The notes: generated by a model not told the origin, from the sequence alone. 62,428 nucleotides of DNA, filler included, from Choristocarpus tenellus KU-1152 (GCA_964200185.2; 12 parts of 12 records of this genome joined end to end with filler, not necessarily neighbours in it); one strand, 5' to 3'; counted from the whole stretch's first letter, positions 23,977 through 38,389 are shown. Made by a program: numbers and translations.

Positions 23977-26900
23977 NNNNNNNNNNNNNNNNNNNNNNNN
24001 NNNNNNNNNNNNNNNNNNNNTTAATTAATTAANNNNNNNNNNNNNNNNNNNNNNNNNNNNNNNNNNNNNNNNNNNNGGGGGACGTAGGCGACACAAGCCA
24101 CCCCCTTGCTGTGGAAAGAACTGGCATGGTCTTTTCGAGCAACAGGCGGTCTTGGACAGTAGTGGTGAGAAGGTATAGGAGTTCCTAGCGTATGAACTTG
24201 TTTTTATCTTTTTCATGATCGATGAGACCACCCTTCAGGAATTTGCCGATTGCGTGACATTTTAATAAGAAATAACAAAGTATCTTAGAGGGTACCCTGT
24301 TTGCAGGCACTGAATTGTATGAAACTACTTCAGGAACCTATTCACTTCTACTAAAAAATGGACACATCAATGAGTGTTGTTCACTCAAGGGGCATCAATG
24401 TGGACCAATACTGACATTATGACCAGGATGGGGTACTGCTACAGGGTTCAGTCCCGTGAATAGGTAATAATAGGTAATAATAGTGTAGAAAATTTTCAAA
24501 AATAGGGAATTCAACACTCTCAAGTCAATAGTAGAACTTCATCCATTGAAATAAGGGTGAATCGAAAAGGATAAAAAGTGGGCTGAAATGCAAAACGGGC
24601 TAAGCCCGGGTGCATCTCGTTAACTTTGGCTCGGGGGGGGCTGCACTTGAGGGGAAGGAGGGAAGAAAGCCCCGCCTGTAAGTAACCACTGTGCTCTAGC
24701 AACCTCAGGATGAATACAACAGTTGGAAGGCACAAGGGGGAATGTGTGTTCTGTGCAGCGATTTAAACTGAAGCATAATAGTCTGGAGGGCCACCAACTC
24801 ATTAAAAAATCTCCCCCATTCACCACCGACTTGGAAATCAGCACTCAGTAGAGCAGTGTAATAGCACTGGGTGTGTTTACCCCTGAAATGTACAAGTAAT
24901 CCTGCATATTTGCATATCATCAACATCTTCTGTGAAGTTATGCTGTATCACCGACTAAATCAAAACCCTATTTATAATGCTGGCTCTGTGTGATGGATGT
25001 GTGCCTACAAAAATCTGCTGCGAAAAAAAGAGAACATTCGGCATTATTCAGTTACAGTGCTTGAGCAGGACCACCACGATGGAAGACACAGGAGGAATTT
25101 GAATCTGAGTAGCAGAGCGATGAGATCTACCCGGGTAGAAGGGGTGGACTGTGCCAAAAAAATCCCGGTGCTTTCCCGTGCAAAATTTGATATTGAGCTA
25201 AGCGTAATGCATACAGCTGTGGGGTCTGTAGCTTTGACCTTCAAAGTTTCCAACAGGGAACTCTAATTTATAATAACAAAGGCATCAAAGGCCAGGGCAC
25301 CGCCAGATCGTATTAGATCAAGTCACATTCTGGCCCAACCATCACCTCACTCAATATTTAAAAATAAATGGTTGGACTATAGGTTAAAATTAGATCTGAG
25401 GGTTAGAATGTAAGGGTGGGTGGGGGGTCAGATAATAGTTGCAAACATCCACAGGTTTGGTTCTACTGATTGCTACTACTAAGCAATATCTTAAACGTTT
25501 GGTATGGTAGAGCAAGGTGCTAAATGTTGCTGCTCTACACACACATATATATTTACAAGCAAAGAGGGCAAGCTTTCAAGGGAAGTACAGAGCTTTTGTC
25601 AAGCATCTGTTTTGCCAACACCTTGCTCTCATCAACATTCATGCATACTAATAGAGATTTTATACAGGATGAAATTTCACTGAGCTTCCTAGGAAAAATT
25701 ACAGGCCTGTAAACTTAGTTTTGAGATGTTGATCTAGTTTTTATTTTTGAGGTAGTTCATGTGGAATTGGGTAATTATTATTTTGGGGGGGTTTATAAGT
25801 TCACTGCATCCTTCATGATGATTCTTTGTGTTGCAATGAAGTTTGATTTTTTGCTCTAAATACCGTAATGATCAAATACATGTCTTGCGAAGTTTTGGGT
25901 CCTGATGCTTGGAGGTGTACGCACATGCTGTTCATCTATCGGTTGTCAAATCTTTTCTTATATTTTTTCCCAGTCCGTGTACATTGCCTTCTTTAGGCTG
26001 CCTTTTCGACCACGGGGCTGTGATCCCTCGCACTAATGTGATAAAATAATATTGGAAAAGCTACAATAATTAAATATTAGTTGTGGACTGTGTTTGACTT
26101 CACACGTTAAGATACTCTTGTTGCAAACATATTAGGTACGTTGAAAAATAGACACCATTCCGATACACTTTTAATTTGGTTTGACAAGTACATCTCAAAT
26201 ACGTAACACATGGGCATGCACTAGCCTATTCCGTCACACGGTTTTATCCTCACATAGACATGTACTGTAAACTGTTGAGCATTCTTTTCACATCTCTGCA
26301 TCCCTTCATCCCCTAATCCAATGACAACCTATTCATCAACATATTCTTATCTACATCCACAGACACCTGATGTGGGTTGATAGCGTTTGAACCATGGAAA
26401 TTGATTGTCAGGCGTAACATATTTATGTTCCCATACGATCAAAACGAAAGAAATACACCCCCTTTACGATATTCCTGCTTTGATCACTGGGCTCACCTTG
26501 CTCAGTGATTGATTACATAATTTTTTCCACGTGTTGGAGGTATCAACTCTATGCGGCATACCTTTCTCACCTTGAAGGGTTAGCTCGAGTTGTATTACTG
26601 TAAGATTATCTTCACATTCTGCTATTGGTAGATAAATAAAAAATATTTACTCCAGAGTATGAAGAAAAGAGACACCAAACTTGTCACAGTAAGACAAGAA
26701 AGCCATTGCAAAAGAAGATGTCGACAGGATGCAACTGTCCCCAAGAGGTGCTCACAATCAACCACCTTCAATTCTCGGAGTACCAGCTGGAGTTAGGCGG
26801 ACACTGTAAACACCAGTGAACTGCATGAACTCAAGGAAGGCTCAGGGTTAAGGTATGTCAAGAGCGATGCTGCAGTGTTTAAAAAACTACTACGAATATC

Positions 26901-27325
26901 TCAATGCATCATTCCACTGTTGAAGCCAGCGGCCCTTTAATTCCTCCACCTTGTCCTGCATACTCCTTCCACTAGAAAAAAAACACAGTAGAGATACCGT
27001 AAACTCTATGGGGTTAAAACCAGCCAGGGACGAAGAAGGTCTCAGCCCACTTCAGCACTCACACATTCAACTCTGAGGGGCTGAAGGAGCACCTCACCAG
27101 TCGGACTCAGTATCTGCCCTGTTGAGCACTACTGGTGAAGCGATGGTGAAAACAACCCAACCTAAAACCTTGGTGTGTTTCTGTCCTTCCACACTACTAC
27201 TACTGTGTTCAATACTCTGCTTGTTGTAGAATCAATTTCAGCCCCCTTGCTCTGTAGTGTTCAACAGAGGGTGTGAACAATGGCAGTGGCAGCAGCAGCG
27301 GCCAGACACATTGCACGGTCCTGGT

Positions 27326-28470
27326 TCATCCAACATACTTCCGCCACAAGGTAACCTCCTGTTGCTTGAAGTATCTGCGCACGAGAGGAAGTTGGGGAAG
27401 GGGAAACAGGAGCGGAGATGCAAACGAAACATAGTTAAAGAGAAAAATCGTGCAAGTTCTGTGAACATATCTGTGAACATCATCATGGGAGGACTTTCTC
27501 ACAGCATCAGAGCTTGCACCAAAACGAAATTCGAAAATTCCTAACAAACCATACAGCTTCCTCCCCGTGTCACACTTGAGTCACTTTCCACAATAGAGCC
27601 CCCAAGCACAGTACCAAGCACAGTACCAAGCACAGAAACAGCAGCAGCCCCTTAGCTATGAAGACTAGATAGAGTCTGTGACTCCAGCGTGCAAAATGGA
27701 TGTGCCAACCACCTGAAAGAAAAAAACCCCTGTACAATTCCAGAAGGAACTTAACCCTAACTTTTGCTGATTCATGGTGTCACTTTGTGTGTGGAAAGAT
27801 GAAGTATCAACTTTGCGTACGTACATATTATTGTGCACACAAAGCAATGAAATGGAGTGTATTGCGTAGGGTAAGAAAGATGGGTTATAATCTATCCATC
27901 CCTATATCTCTCACACGTACATACCTCCGGTCTTCCTCGTCCACCAAGACCAGGTTCAGATAGTACTTCACGTTAAACTTGTGGATGTTGGAATATGTCG
28001 GGGTCAGAGCATAAGGTTTAAGAAACACTCTGAGGGGGACACATTCCCCTTAGACGGTGCAGCAATAGTAGCGATTGAGGCATCAGCAGCAAGCAGCAGA
28101 GAATTGTGGCAGCATGGCAGTCAGTGCGGCTGGGGGGGGGGGAGAGGGGTGGGTGAGCAGTACAACATTATTCCCAAGGGCTTATGACAGTAGCGACCAG
28201 CAACACCCGAAACAGAAAAATTGCAGCAGGTGTCGGCAAATCCCACAATCAATCTTAGTTTCTGGCAGTCAATCTAAGACAGCAATGATCCACCCCTCCC
28301 CTACACTCAATAACAAAGGTAAGCTACACTTTCCCAAACATATTCTGTCATATAATTGCTTCATATATATCAGGCAGGAAATATCAATGATACACACAAA
28401 CATGTATCTATAAGCACATCTGACTCACCACCCTACACCCCAGACACAACGCATGAAATTCATTGCCCCA

Positions 28471-28504
<34 letters not shown>

Positions 28505-28765
28505 AGAGAGAGAGAGAGAGAGAAAAAAAACAGTTGAGTAGGTCAAGGCAAGCAAGCTGAACCTGTCAAATCAAATATCCACAAGTTTTTCCACCCTTCA
28601 CCAGATTATACACGGCTAACCTTTTGCAGGCGCCCCGTCCATGACCTCATACTTCACGAGGGTCTCACTCTCATTGTACTGGTTGGCTCCAGACCCTGCC
28701 GTCTCCCGTCTGATGATGGCCAGCTCCATGTGCTTGATCTTGATCCGGACCAAGATGAAGTAGAT
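27326..28765 (-). CDS. VPS26: Retromer subunit VPS26, last three coding exons
   Basis: Exons 28621-28765 (IYFILVRIKIKHMELAIIRRET...YEVMDGAPAK), 27925-28048 (GECVPLRVFL..LTPTY..KFNVKYYLNLVLVDEEDRR) and 27326-27374 (YFKQQEVTLWRKYVG*). Splice phases are consistent. Confidence 0.95.
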
Positions 28766-30031
28766 CTGGCAGACCAAAGGTTTCACGTTTCATCACATTG
28801 ATGTTAGCAACACCAATGTCAGCGCATACACATCCATCCACTTACGCCTCTCCCTACCTGCAAAGGTTCCTATCACACAGTTCACGCAAAAATATATCTC
28901 ATGTGGACAGACACAGACACAGACACACACTCACACACACACATCAATTCACAAATAGGGAGTGGCATGCAGGGTGGTAGCAAAGGGGAAAAAAAACACA
29001 AGAGTAGATCAAGGAATCGCTCTCACACACCCTCTGGTAACTGGACCCTTCTCAACTGAAACAACAAGAATAAGCAGGCAGCCAAGGCTACAAACATAGA
29101 AACCCATTGCTGAGATGGAGAAGTGGGGAGGAGGGAAGGGGGAACGGCTGATTGGATAAAAAAAACAAAAACACACACACACATACACACACACTTTTAC
29201 CCCTCCACAACGCATATTAGAAATCGTGTTGGGCAAGGGGTAGAGTATCTAACAATCGCCTGAGTTGGGCACCCTTTTGCACATCAACTATTTACTTTAA
29301 GGGTAAAGGGTGACAAGCTCACTGAGCCCACAACGCAGACCCCTCCAGCAGAGCACACACGGATACATTTGTAGATGCAACAAATAGCAAAGCCAGGTGG
29401 TCTTGAGGAAAAGGTCATTAAAAAAAAAAAAGTGAGAGAGGGTGTCAATTGAGGAATGCTATCAATTCGCAGAACTCCCAAATTACTACTTCACACCCAG
29501 ACAAAAGAGGATTGACGGTAGATCACAGGCATGAACTGTATCGTGGAGTGGAATGCAATGAAGGAATTCAAATCACTCCTATACTCGAGACTAAATCAAA
29601 TTTCAAGTCCTCATTCAAACAGCATTCGAGAAGGGAGGGGGGGGGGGGGGGGGGGGGGCGCACAAAAAGGAAGAGAAAACGCCCGAACTCCAGACACCCC
29701 CAACCCACATAGCCATTTTNNNNNNNNNNNNNNNNNNNNNNNNNNNNNNNNNNNNNNNNNNNNTTAATTAATTAANNNNNNNNNNNNNNNNNNNNNNNNN
29801 NNNNNNNNNNNNNNNNNNNGAGGGGGGAGGGGGGGTATTTCTTTCTTGTGGCCTTAAACCGTTCATGTCAATATGGGTGTGTTCCTTCCTCTTGAATACT
29901 TGCTGTCTTGTCTTTTGCTTGATAATATTTTTTTTTGTGCACTATTTGTTCCTGCCTACTACTCTTTGTAAACCATCACCTCGCTCCCCCTACCTATAGT
30001 GTGTCATCTAAGCTTGTTTTGATATGTTGCC

Positions 30032-30067
<36 letters not shown>

Positions 30068-30212
30068 CTGTGTCTCCTTCTTGTGGAGTTGGGGTCAGCG
30101 ATCAACCCAATACCCTCCCCACTCTGTCCTAAGCTTTGAAGTATTTTGTTTTTGTTAGGGTTAAGGCTCACATGCTGTTCGTTACCTGTGCCTCTCCGAT
30201 TTTTTTTGTCAG

Positions 30213-30342
30213 GACCCTACAAAAGGCTCAGGAGGCTACTCACCAGGCCTTCGTGGTTGTACAGGGGGGTTCCAGTGCTGGAGCTGCTTTGCCTCCACCG
30301 CCTAGTATGGATCTCAAGAAAAAGAAGAAACCTTCCCCATAA
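30213..30342 (+). CDS. Probable terminal exon of an unidentified gene
   Basis: A polypyrimidine tract and CAG acceptor precede TLQKAQEATHQAFVVVQGGSSAGAALPPPPSMDLKKKKKPSP*. Confidence 0.4.
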
Positions 30343-32625
30343 CAAGGGCTGAAGGGTGTCTTGACAATAGCTAGGGAAGGGACTGGGTAATGGATTTTAA
30401 AGCTATTATCATTGACAATATTAATATTGTCTTGACAATATCTAGGGAGGAGTGATCGAAAATATTAAGAACAAGGAGTGAAGTTGGCTAATACATTTTG
30501 TGAGATGTTGGCTTTGCTTTTCCACAATCGTGTTCGATCAATGCGCTTGCCAGAGGATTCGTGGATTCTAAGGCGCTGTGAGGTACTTTTTTTTATTAAA
30601 TTGCATGCAATTGGGTATGTAATGTATTGTCCTGCCTCCTGTATGACCTCACATTTGCACTGAAGACACAAAGAGTACAAAGAGTATGTGGTGCTGGACG
30701 TGTTTGCTGGAGCTTCCAAAACACTTGGTTGAACAGATATTGTATCAAGAACACAACAAAGGTCATGGAGTTAAGGAGGATAATGTCGATACCCATTTGG
30801 AAGAAAAGTGCTGGCAATGTTGCTCATGATGGTGTCCCCAGTTACGCCCTAGTCCATGCCTGCCTAGTATTTGTTTCCTTTCTTCCCCTGTGGATCTTTG
30901 AATGGGTTACTAGGAGAGGAAGTTGTTTTCTTTGCCTGGTGTTCCTGTGGGAAAATACACTTCACCTTCTCCATTATGGGTTGGAAATGCTTGATAGTAT
31001 GGGAGTACAAGTAATGGGAGAAATATAGTGTTTCAAGGATGCAACGAGATGGATTAATTTGGGAGTCTGTTCTCTATGCTAATGCCCCCCACTTGTTCAC
31101 TTTTTGTGGCATGTATGTAGTGAAAGGTCAAACCTTCTTGAGGTTGAAGTTGATAACTCGAGGATAATGATGCCTGAGATGCGTAAGGAAGACACCACAT
31201 CTCTGTGATTTATTTCTATTGCTGATCTCTCCGCCTCGCCCGACTTCCTTGCACAGTTGGGTTTTTTACATCAGCCCAGTGTATCATTTGACAGTTTCAT
31301 GTTGGGACGCATCGTCTACTAACTACCTCGCGACTTTAGTAATGCTCCTACTGTTATCGTTGTAGATTGGGGAGTAACTCTCTACCTTGTGGTGGATTAA
31401 ATGGTTCATAAAAAGAGAACAAAAATTGAGGTTAGTGAAGGGTTGGAGGGATGTTGCCACCTTTTGAGAGGGTGACTGATTGCAATATTTGATGAATGAA
31501 GCGGTACAGAGGTCCAGTGAGCAACACTTATTGAAATTTCCAGTTGGGTGTTTTTACCCTTGTTCAGGTGAGGGGACCCATAGTTACTCAGCATTTGCTA
31601 GCAATCAACAGCCTTCTGAACAAGTATATCAAGAAGGCAAAAGTTTTCATCCTATTATGATGAACAGTCAGTGCGCGATGAGGTGATAATAATAGGATTA
31701 CTCGCGGAAAGCTTGTTAGGTAAGACCTTCCAATGCTTATGATGGGCTGCCAAACTAATTAGAGGGTTGAACTTTGGCTAAAATTTAGCAAGGACTGGGA
31801 GTATTGCCTGTTTCCAAAGAGGCAAATTTATTAACTTTGCATCGTACTCTGACGACTATGTGTGGCAAAACCCCCATCAAACGAAAGTTTGTGTACATCC
31901 ATTCCGTGGGCTGCTCGCCCACCTACATTGTCCAACCGTCCAAAATTAGGGGCGTGAGGCGGTAATGTGACGGAAAACAACACGGAAATGCTCATGACGA
32001 AAGTAATCTAATACAAAGGAACTGCTGTAAAACAAGTATGGACCTGTTCTTTGTTGACTGATGTTCTAAGAATTACAAATTCGTAGAACTTTCCCTTCTT
32101 CTCCATTTCTCTGGCGTTGATGAAAACAATGAAGTCGTTGTGTTGTATTTTTCTCGTGCATGCGGGTTGTTGAGTACACAACTCCTACTAGGTGCTACTG
32201 TAAGTGTTTGTGAATCGTCATTAATTGATCGACCCCATTGATTCAATGGGGAAAGTAGTCCGTGTTGCACTCGGAAAGCTTACATTAGTTGGTTCATTTT
32301 AGTAGTTTTCTGTTGTTATCCTGAGCAGGAGGAGTCACCAACACAAAACGAAAACGGGGGTACTGCTCACCACACTGCATTGAGTCAAAAGTAATTTAGA
32401 GAAAATGTTGCAATCATTCTACGGATCACGAAAAAGGCAAAAATACGTCATTTTTGTACAATTAACAGAGGATTTTCAAAATTGAGGATGGAGCGGGGCT
32501 ATGAGGATGGTTGTTCTGCGAAAACNNNNNNNNNNNNNNNNNNNNNNNNNNNNNNNNNNNNNNNNNNNNTTAATTAATTAANNNNNNNNNNNNNNNNNNN
32601 NNNNNNNNNNNNNNNNNNNNNNNNN

Positions 32626-32680
32626 ATACAAAAATTGACCCCAAATGGACAGCCGCCACCCCCTCCCAGATACTTTGAGC
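32626..32680 (+). mobile_element. MITE family B right end at a contig start
   Basis: AAAAATTGACCCCAAATGGACAGCCGCCACCCCCTCCCAGATACTTTGAGCC. Other B TIR fragments lie at 16860-16889, 20400-20421 and 53922-53967. Confidence 0.8.
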
Positions 32681-34274
32681 CGTTTGCAGGTAGGAGGTAA
32701 CCTCGTCTCAATAAAACTCACTTTACATCATATACTAATATTTGTTCAAATATTTTGGTAAGACCGTGTGGTAAATGGGTGAGCTGTCATGCGCGTTTCC
32801 CTATGTTATATACACGCGCAACCTTCGCGCGCCAGCATGTTGTCTGGTTTGCTGGTTTGCGGTTTGTAGAGAGCCTCCGCCAAGAGCTGAGGGAGAAGCT
32901 GCAGGGCATCTAGGAGTGTATTGACAGGTCTTGAGTGTCTCGAGCGAGCATACTCCACCCTATCGTGGTATTTGGGAGCATGAGCATAGGTGTGGATTCG
33001 TGCGGGTTAATAAAATCCTGTGTCATTGTATCATGGAGGGAGGATGTGATGGAGATAGACCTTCCGACCAAGCACTTGACTGCCGTTCGTGTCCAATGTT
33101 ATCGACCTTCTTTCTTTTAAAATACGCCCAGATTAAGTTGTTAGCAGTTTACATATCTGTTCCCTGAAGTAAAAATACATCACGATGGAGTGAACAGTGC
33201 CAACGGTAGGGGCCTGAAGACCTCGGGACGATATCACTTTGTAGCATAAGGCATCGATACCATAGTATGGAGCTATCAGGGGCAGCAATTAACGCTTACG
33301 ATTCTTATGGCTGTGAGTATTGCAGGTTCTCTCGCAACTTGGATGCTCTCGTAGGTGGACGCGTCCACGGGATTATGAGGCACTTCTTAGATAGAAAGGG
33401 TGGTGTGTGTAATTCAAAATGCAGAGATACGTCGGTTGTGATCAATTTTGTGGAGGATGCGACTGTGCGGCTTTTCAAAGCCAATTATGCACGGTTTGAC
33501 CTTGACTTGAGTTATCACTCAAGGTTCAGCCTTTCTTACTAAGAAGTTTAGATTGCATGGGAAGTGGTGGTAGATTCATTGGAGAGAGAGATGGCGTAGG
33601 ATCGCTAAAACATCGGTTGCACGTGTTTCGGTAATTTCCCACGCCGCTGTTTCTTTTTTAGCTGAACACACCAATCTCATACTTATGCTTGAGTTGTCCG
33701 ATTGCGAGGGTCTTGTTAGGTAGCTGTTTTCGTTACGTACCTTTATGTCCTAACTGAATTAGTTGACCTCCACGATGGACCTTAGCCGTCCTCGTGAGAC
33801 TCGACTACAGGATTGTGGAGTTTAAATGCAACAGTGCATCCCTCGCCTGTGTATATTTTGCTACCCCTTAGTTGTAGTGTTGAATCTTGGTACAATCCTT
33901 ACCCTCACCCTAACCGATCCCCTTTTGCCCATCCTTGGCAACGCAGAAAAATGCTCATTTCTTGTCTTTTTTTCTCGTAATTGCCCCCTCTTAATTAAGA
34001 ACCCACTTCTGTAACCCTATGGTAGTAGTAGTATCTGACATCTCCTTTATTGTCGGTAGAGGTTAACTATGTTCGAGAAGAATGGGAAGAAATTTCCACA
34101 AGAGTTGTCACGGTTATCTCTAAGAGTGAAAGGCATGCACATGATCACGCCACTTATCAAAGGTATACATTCTGACCCCCCTTCCCCCCCTCTCTCCTCC
34201 TGCTTCCATGAACCCTCATACCACTCTAGGCCTCCCTTAGTGAAGTGAGCTAGTCTTGTCCCTTGTCACGGAGG

Positions 34275-36470
34275 ATGACCACTAAGCGGAGCGCGCCCTC
34301 CCCAGCGGTGGTAGGAAGCCACTTTGTGAAGCAGGTGAGGGTTTGTACAGTCACTGCTAGGATAGGGCTGTGGCTATAGTTGCGGAAATGTATTATTGTA
34401 GCATCTGCATAACATTCATGAACATGAACAGTGAATGATCCCACTGTGTATGAGGAAGGCTATGTACAGTAGGGTCAGGTTTGGCATTATCATTAGCATT
34501 AGCATTAGCATTAGCATTAGCATCAGTACCAAAGGGGCAAGAGGATTGAAATCAAAAGCGGAAAGTGTTGAAATGATTTGTTGTAGGTGCCTGAAGCGGT
34601 TACTTTTTTTTGTTGAAATGATGGCGTACTTGCACACAAGCTGTTCCCTTTCCCCTTCTCCCCCTGACTCTCCAGTTGTCTCCCCTGGTGGTGCCCCTCT
34701 GTCCACGTATTTGTTCAATTGTATCAAAAGACCTTCATTGTTTCATGTGTTTAAGCAATGTCCCTGCTGCACATTCCCCATGCTTCTCTCTTCTTTTTTC
34801 TCCTGCCCCTGCCCCGGCACAATGTGTTGTTGCCTGTCCCTCTCACACTCCGGTTGCTTGGAAACGCAGTACTATGGAGAGGTTCTCAGTAAAAAGCCTG
34901 TTGAACTTCACCGCTTCTATACAGATGAGAGCACTTTCTGCCATGCTTCTGGGTCCAAGCCTGAGGTACAATGTGCTTCCATATTCTAGGATCCCCTTCT
35001 GCAAGGGGCAACTCAAGTATTCTTAAACTTGAAACAAATGATGGATGATGACCTTTGTTTCCTTCCTCTCTTTAGCCAGTGCTGCATTGCATTGGTAGTG
35101 GTAAGATGTGTTTCTCTGATGTTTGACAGATATGTTGTTACCTTGTATGTTTGTGAGAATCAGTCTGTCTGTATGAGCTCTTTGGATATGAGGTTACAAT
35201 TGATCAGATTGATGAGCAAATATTTTGAATGAAGCAACAATAAGATATTATGTATGAGACAGCCGTTCGAAGAGATAAGCATGGAGGGACGAGAATGAGG
35301 ATGACATGGACTCTTTGGTACTGATGTTGTGCAGGGAGCAGTACCGATGGTTGTTTTGTCCTTTTATGAAGTGTGAAGAGCTTTCTTGTACTTTGGTGTA
35401 TACTGTTCTACAAACTACTGCGTGCTCTTCATTCGATATGGTGGGGTCATTAAGTTGCTTCCTACCTCTGAACACACACCATGGTTACAAGTCAAACTGC
35501 GTGTTTCATTCTCCCAAGAAAATGCCCCCGTCAAAAATGCCTCCTCAGATTGAAAAGACTAAACAAATATTAATTCTTCTATTAAACATTGATTGAAAGG
35601 TGTATCATACCATATATTCTGTACAAAACTTCAAGGCATTGAAATATTATAATAATGGAAGTGCCTACTGTACACAAACCAAGAATAGTACCTCACAAGA
35701 CCATTGCCCCCCATCCCCCGTCCCTCCCCCCTCCCCCCTCCAACATGCACACTGGAATTTTTGTGTGTTTGCCCCTTGGGTTGTTCTGTTTGTTATATCA
35801 TGTTGTAAATGATGTCATACGATGTGACCAAATGGGTTTTGAGGGAGGCAGGAGCCGGTCTCAGGGCTGTCTGAGATCAAGAAAAAGATTGAATGCCTAG
35901 GGTTGGGAGGAGCCACCGTTGATCTTGGATGTGGATCCGTTGATGCGCAACCTTCGGAAGAGGGTGAGGTCTCATCACCACTGACAAATCTATTCTGACC
36001 GTATTAGTAGTCACTTGCTGCCAAGGTACTACCTACCATTAGAGATTATAGTGAGGTGGTAGTATGGATATGGGTGGGGGGTTGGGTGGGGGTTGGCCAG
36101 GCTTGGTAGATGGTGTTTGCCTGTGTGCATGTTAGATAATATTTATTTTTTCATGTATTTATATGTTGTGTGGAGGGGTTTACAGAGACGTTGTGATTGG
36201 TAACCTTTGTGTCTGTGGACGTTAGTTTTATGTTACTGTGTGTTTAGTAAATTCTTTTTGTTACTGAAGGGATTAAATAAAAATATACGTTTGCCACCAG
36301 GTGGGGTCCTTCTGATGGTGACTGGGTCTATCACCATTGCCACGCATGCGCCTCGTCAGTTTGTGCAAACCTTTTTTCTGTCTCGGCAGCACCAGGCCAG
36401 TGATAAGCATAACTACTTTGTACGCAATGACATTTTCCGCTTCTTAGAGGTGCTGCCGGAGGTGGTGGAG
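34275..36470 (+). CDS. G3BP: G3BP-like protein, N-terminal NTF2 domain (3' end missing)
   Basis: Exons 34275-34334 (MTTKRSAPSPAVVGSHFVKQ), 34870-34965 (YYGEVL...LHRFYTDESTF), 35852-35963 (..SVDAQPS) and 36301-36470 (GGVLLMVTGSI...FVQTFFL...YFVRNDIFRFL). Phases are consistent. Confidence 0.9.
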
Positions 36471-36819
36471 GTGAGGTATACACTGTTAAAACATTATACA
36501 TGGGTGATTTAACAGTAGCTCTTTTTTTTTAAAGTCTGTTTTGCTCTGTTCTTACTGTCATTTTTTATTTTTCCATTTATTTTTTAAGAACAATATTTGA
36601 TGGTGATCCATGTGTTTTTTTATTATGTTTTATATATGTTTTGAATGGTGCTGATTGGGTGCTGTTTTGCTTGTGTGCTGACACTGTTGTGTTTTTGTTC
36701 ATGATAATTGCTCAATTTTGAGTGTGCAACTTCATTGTGGTTGTGATGATGCTATCCTTGCATTGCAGCAAAGCTGTTACATGTTGCATTGTATACCTCT
36801 CGTTATTGTCTATCCATGG

Positions 36820-36918
36820 TGTGATATTAACAAGTCTATCAATAATGTAATATTAACAAGTCTATCCATAATGTAATATTAACAAATCTATCCATGATGT
36901 GATATTAACAAGTCTATA
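36820..36918. repeat. Intronic minisatellite, about 27-bp unit x4
   Basis: TGT(G/A)ATATTAACAA(G/A)TCTATC..AT repeated four times. Confidence 0.8.
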
Positions 36919-37239
36919 TGTAGTAGTAGTATATTGTGGATCCAGTAATATTTTTTTGTTTGATTAAATATTATATTGAAAGTCAAATAATATCTTCTAC
37001 GTATGATGCTTTCTTACAGACCAATAAGATCTCTTAGATCAAGCACCACCTTATGTCTTAAATCTCATCTCATGTAACCAGTTGTATTCTGTGTACTGAA
37101 TTTTCTGTTTATCTCTTCTGGGTATGCCAAGCCCCTTCCTTCCTAGTCATGCCTTTCCTGAGTTGGTTGTCTCTTTTTTTAATCTGTTGATGGTCTTCCT
37201 CTTTTTATTTTCTACTGGTTTCTCACGCATGCAGCATTG

Positions 37240-37411
37240 AACAGTCGATTTCAAAAATTGAGGATGGAGCTTTTCATTGAGGATGGGCTTGACCCAAAAT
37301 TGACTGGGATAAAGTGTCAATATGTTTTTTTCTAAATGACAATACAAAAATATATATATCGACACTTCATCCCAGTCAATTTTGGGTCAAGCCCATCCTC
37401 AATGAAAAGCT
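37240..37411. mobile_element. Fold-back element of family C, truncated at the contig end
   Basis: Perfect 43-bp inverted arms at 37268-37310 and 37369-37411, preceded by the family C terminus. Confidence 0.55.
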
Positions 37412-38125
37412 NNNNNNNNNNNNNNNNNNNNNNNNNNNNNNNNNNNNNNNNNNNNTTAATTAATTAANNNNNNNNNNNNNNNNNNNNNNNNNNNNNNNNN
37501 NNNNNNNNNNNTCGCTCCATCCTCAATTTTGAGAATCCCCTGTTACGTAGGGGCTTTGCTGAATTTAGACTATTTAGTGATTTGTTTCTGATTGAATTTT
37601 GAATTCTTCATGTCCATTTGGTTTTTCTTCTTAGTAAGTGAGTTCAGTGGCTAGTTATGTCTAGAGACGACTCAGAGTTGTTTGAGCTAGAGAGGGTGCT
37701 CAAACAGGCTCCTCCAACTGTAACGGATATCACTAGTAATATACAGGCAGAGTCAGAACGCAAGGATTATTTGTTGGTTAATCCATAATTGTTTTTTTAT
37801 ATGAACGGAGAGATTGGAATTGGTTCCATTAAGTTTGGTGTTTTGGGGTTGTATGGTTCACCCCTTTGGTATTAATCACTCTACAGACATCAAGTAGTCT
37901 CCTTGTGTTTACTACTATGATGTTTGTATGACTTGCGCGATACTTTACAAAAGACGCCTCCCACACATCTCGCTATGTCGACAATCATAAACGCTTGAGC
38001 ATGCAGTGAAGGTGCAAGTGTTGACACTTCTGAGACCATGACCAGAAGGACGCAAGAACCATCATGGAGAAAGCACGCTTAAGCCTGACGCCAAGTCAAC
38101 TTAGGCCATTTTGCTTCCACATGGT

Positions 38126-38388
38126 GAGTGAAAGTATCTTAGAGGTTACGAATTTTGCAGTGTTTTGAACATTTGGGGCTAGGCTTCCCATGCTTTTTTA
38201 AACGACATTTTCCTACTCAAAAATATAGTAAGTAGGTAAAATGTGTAAGTTACGCAAAAAAAGGTGTATCCGGAACAAGGATATTGACACTTCCTAACAA
38301 ACACAATAGCCAAAACTACCTCAAAATCGCAACATTCGATTGTGGCCCACAAATGGACGCGGTCCTACAGTCTAAAATACTTTGGCTC
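38126..38388 (+). mobile_element. MITE family A copy
   Basis: GAGTGAAAGTATCTTAGAGGTTACG ... TCTAAAATACTTTGGCTC with the full interior. Confidence 0.9.
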
Positions 38389-38389
38389 C

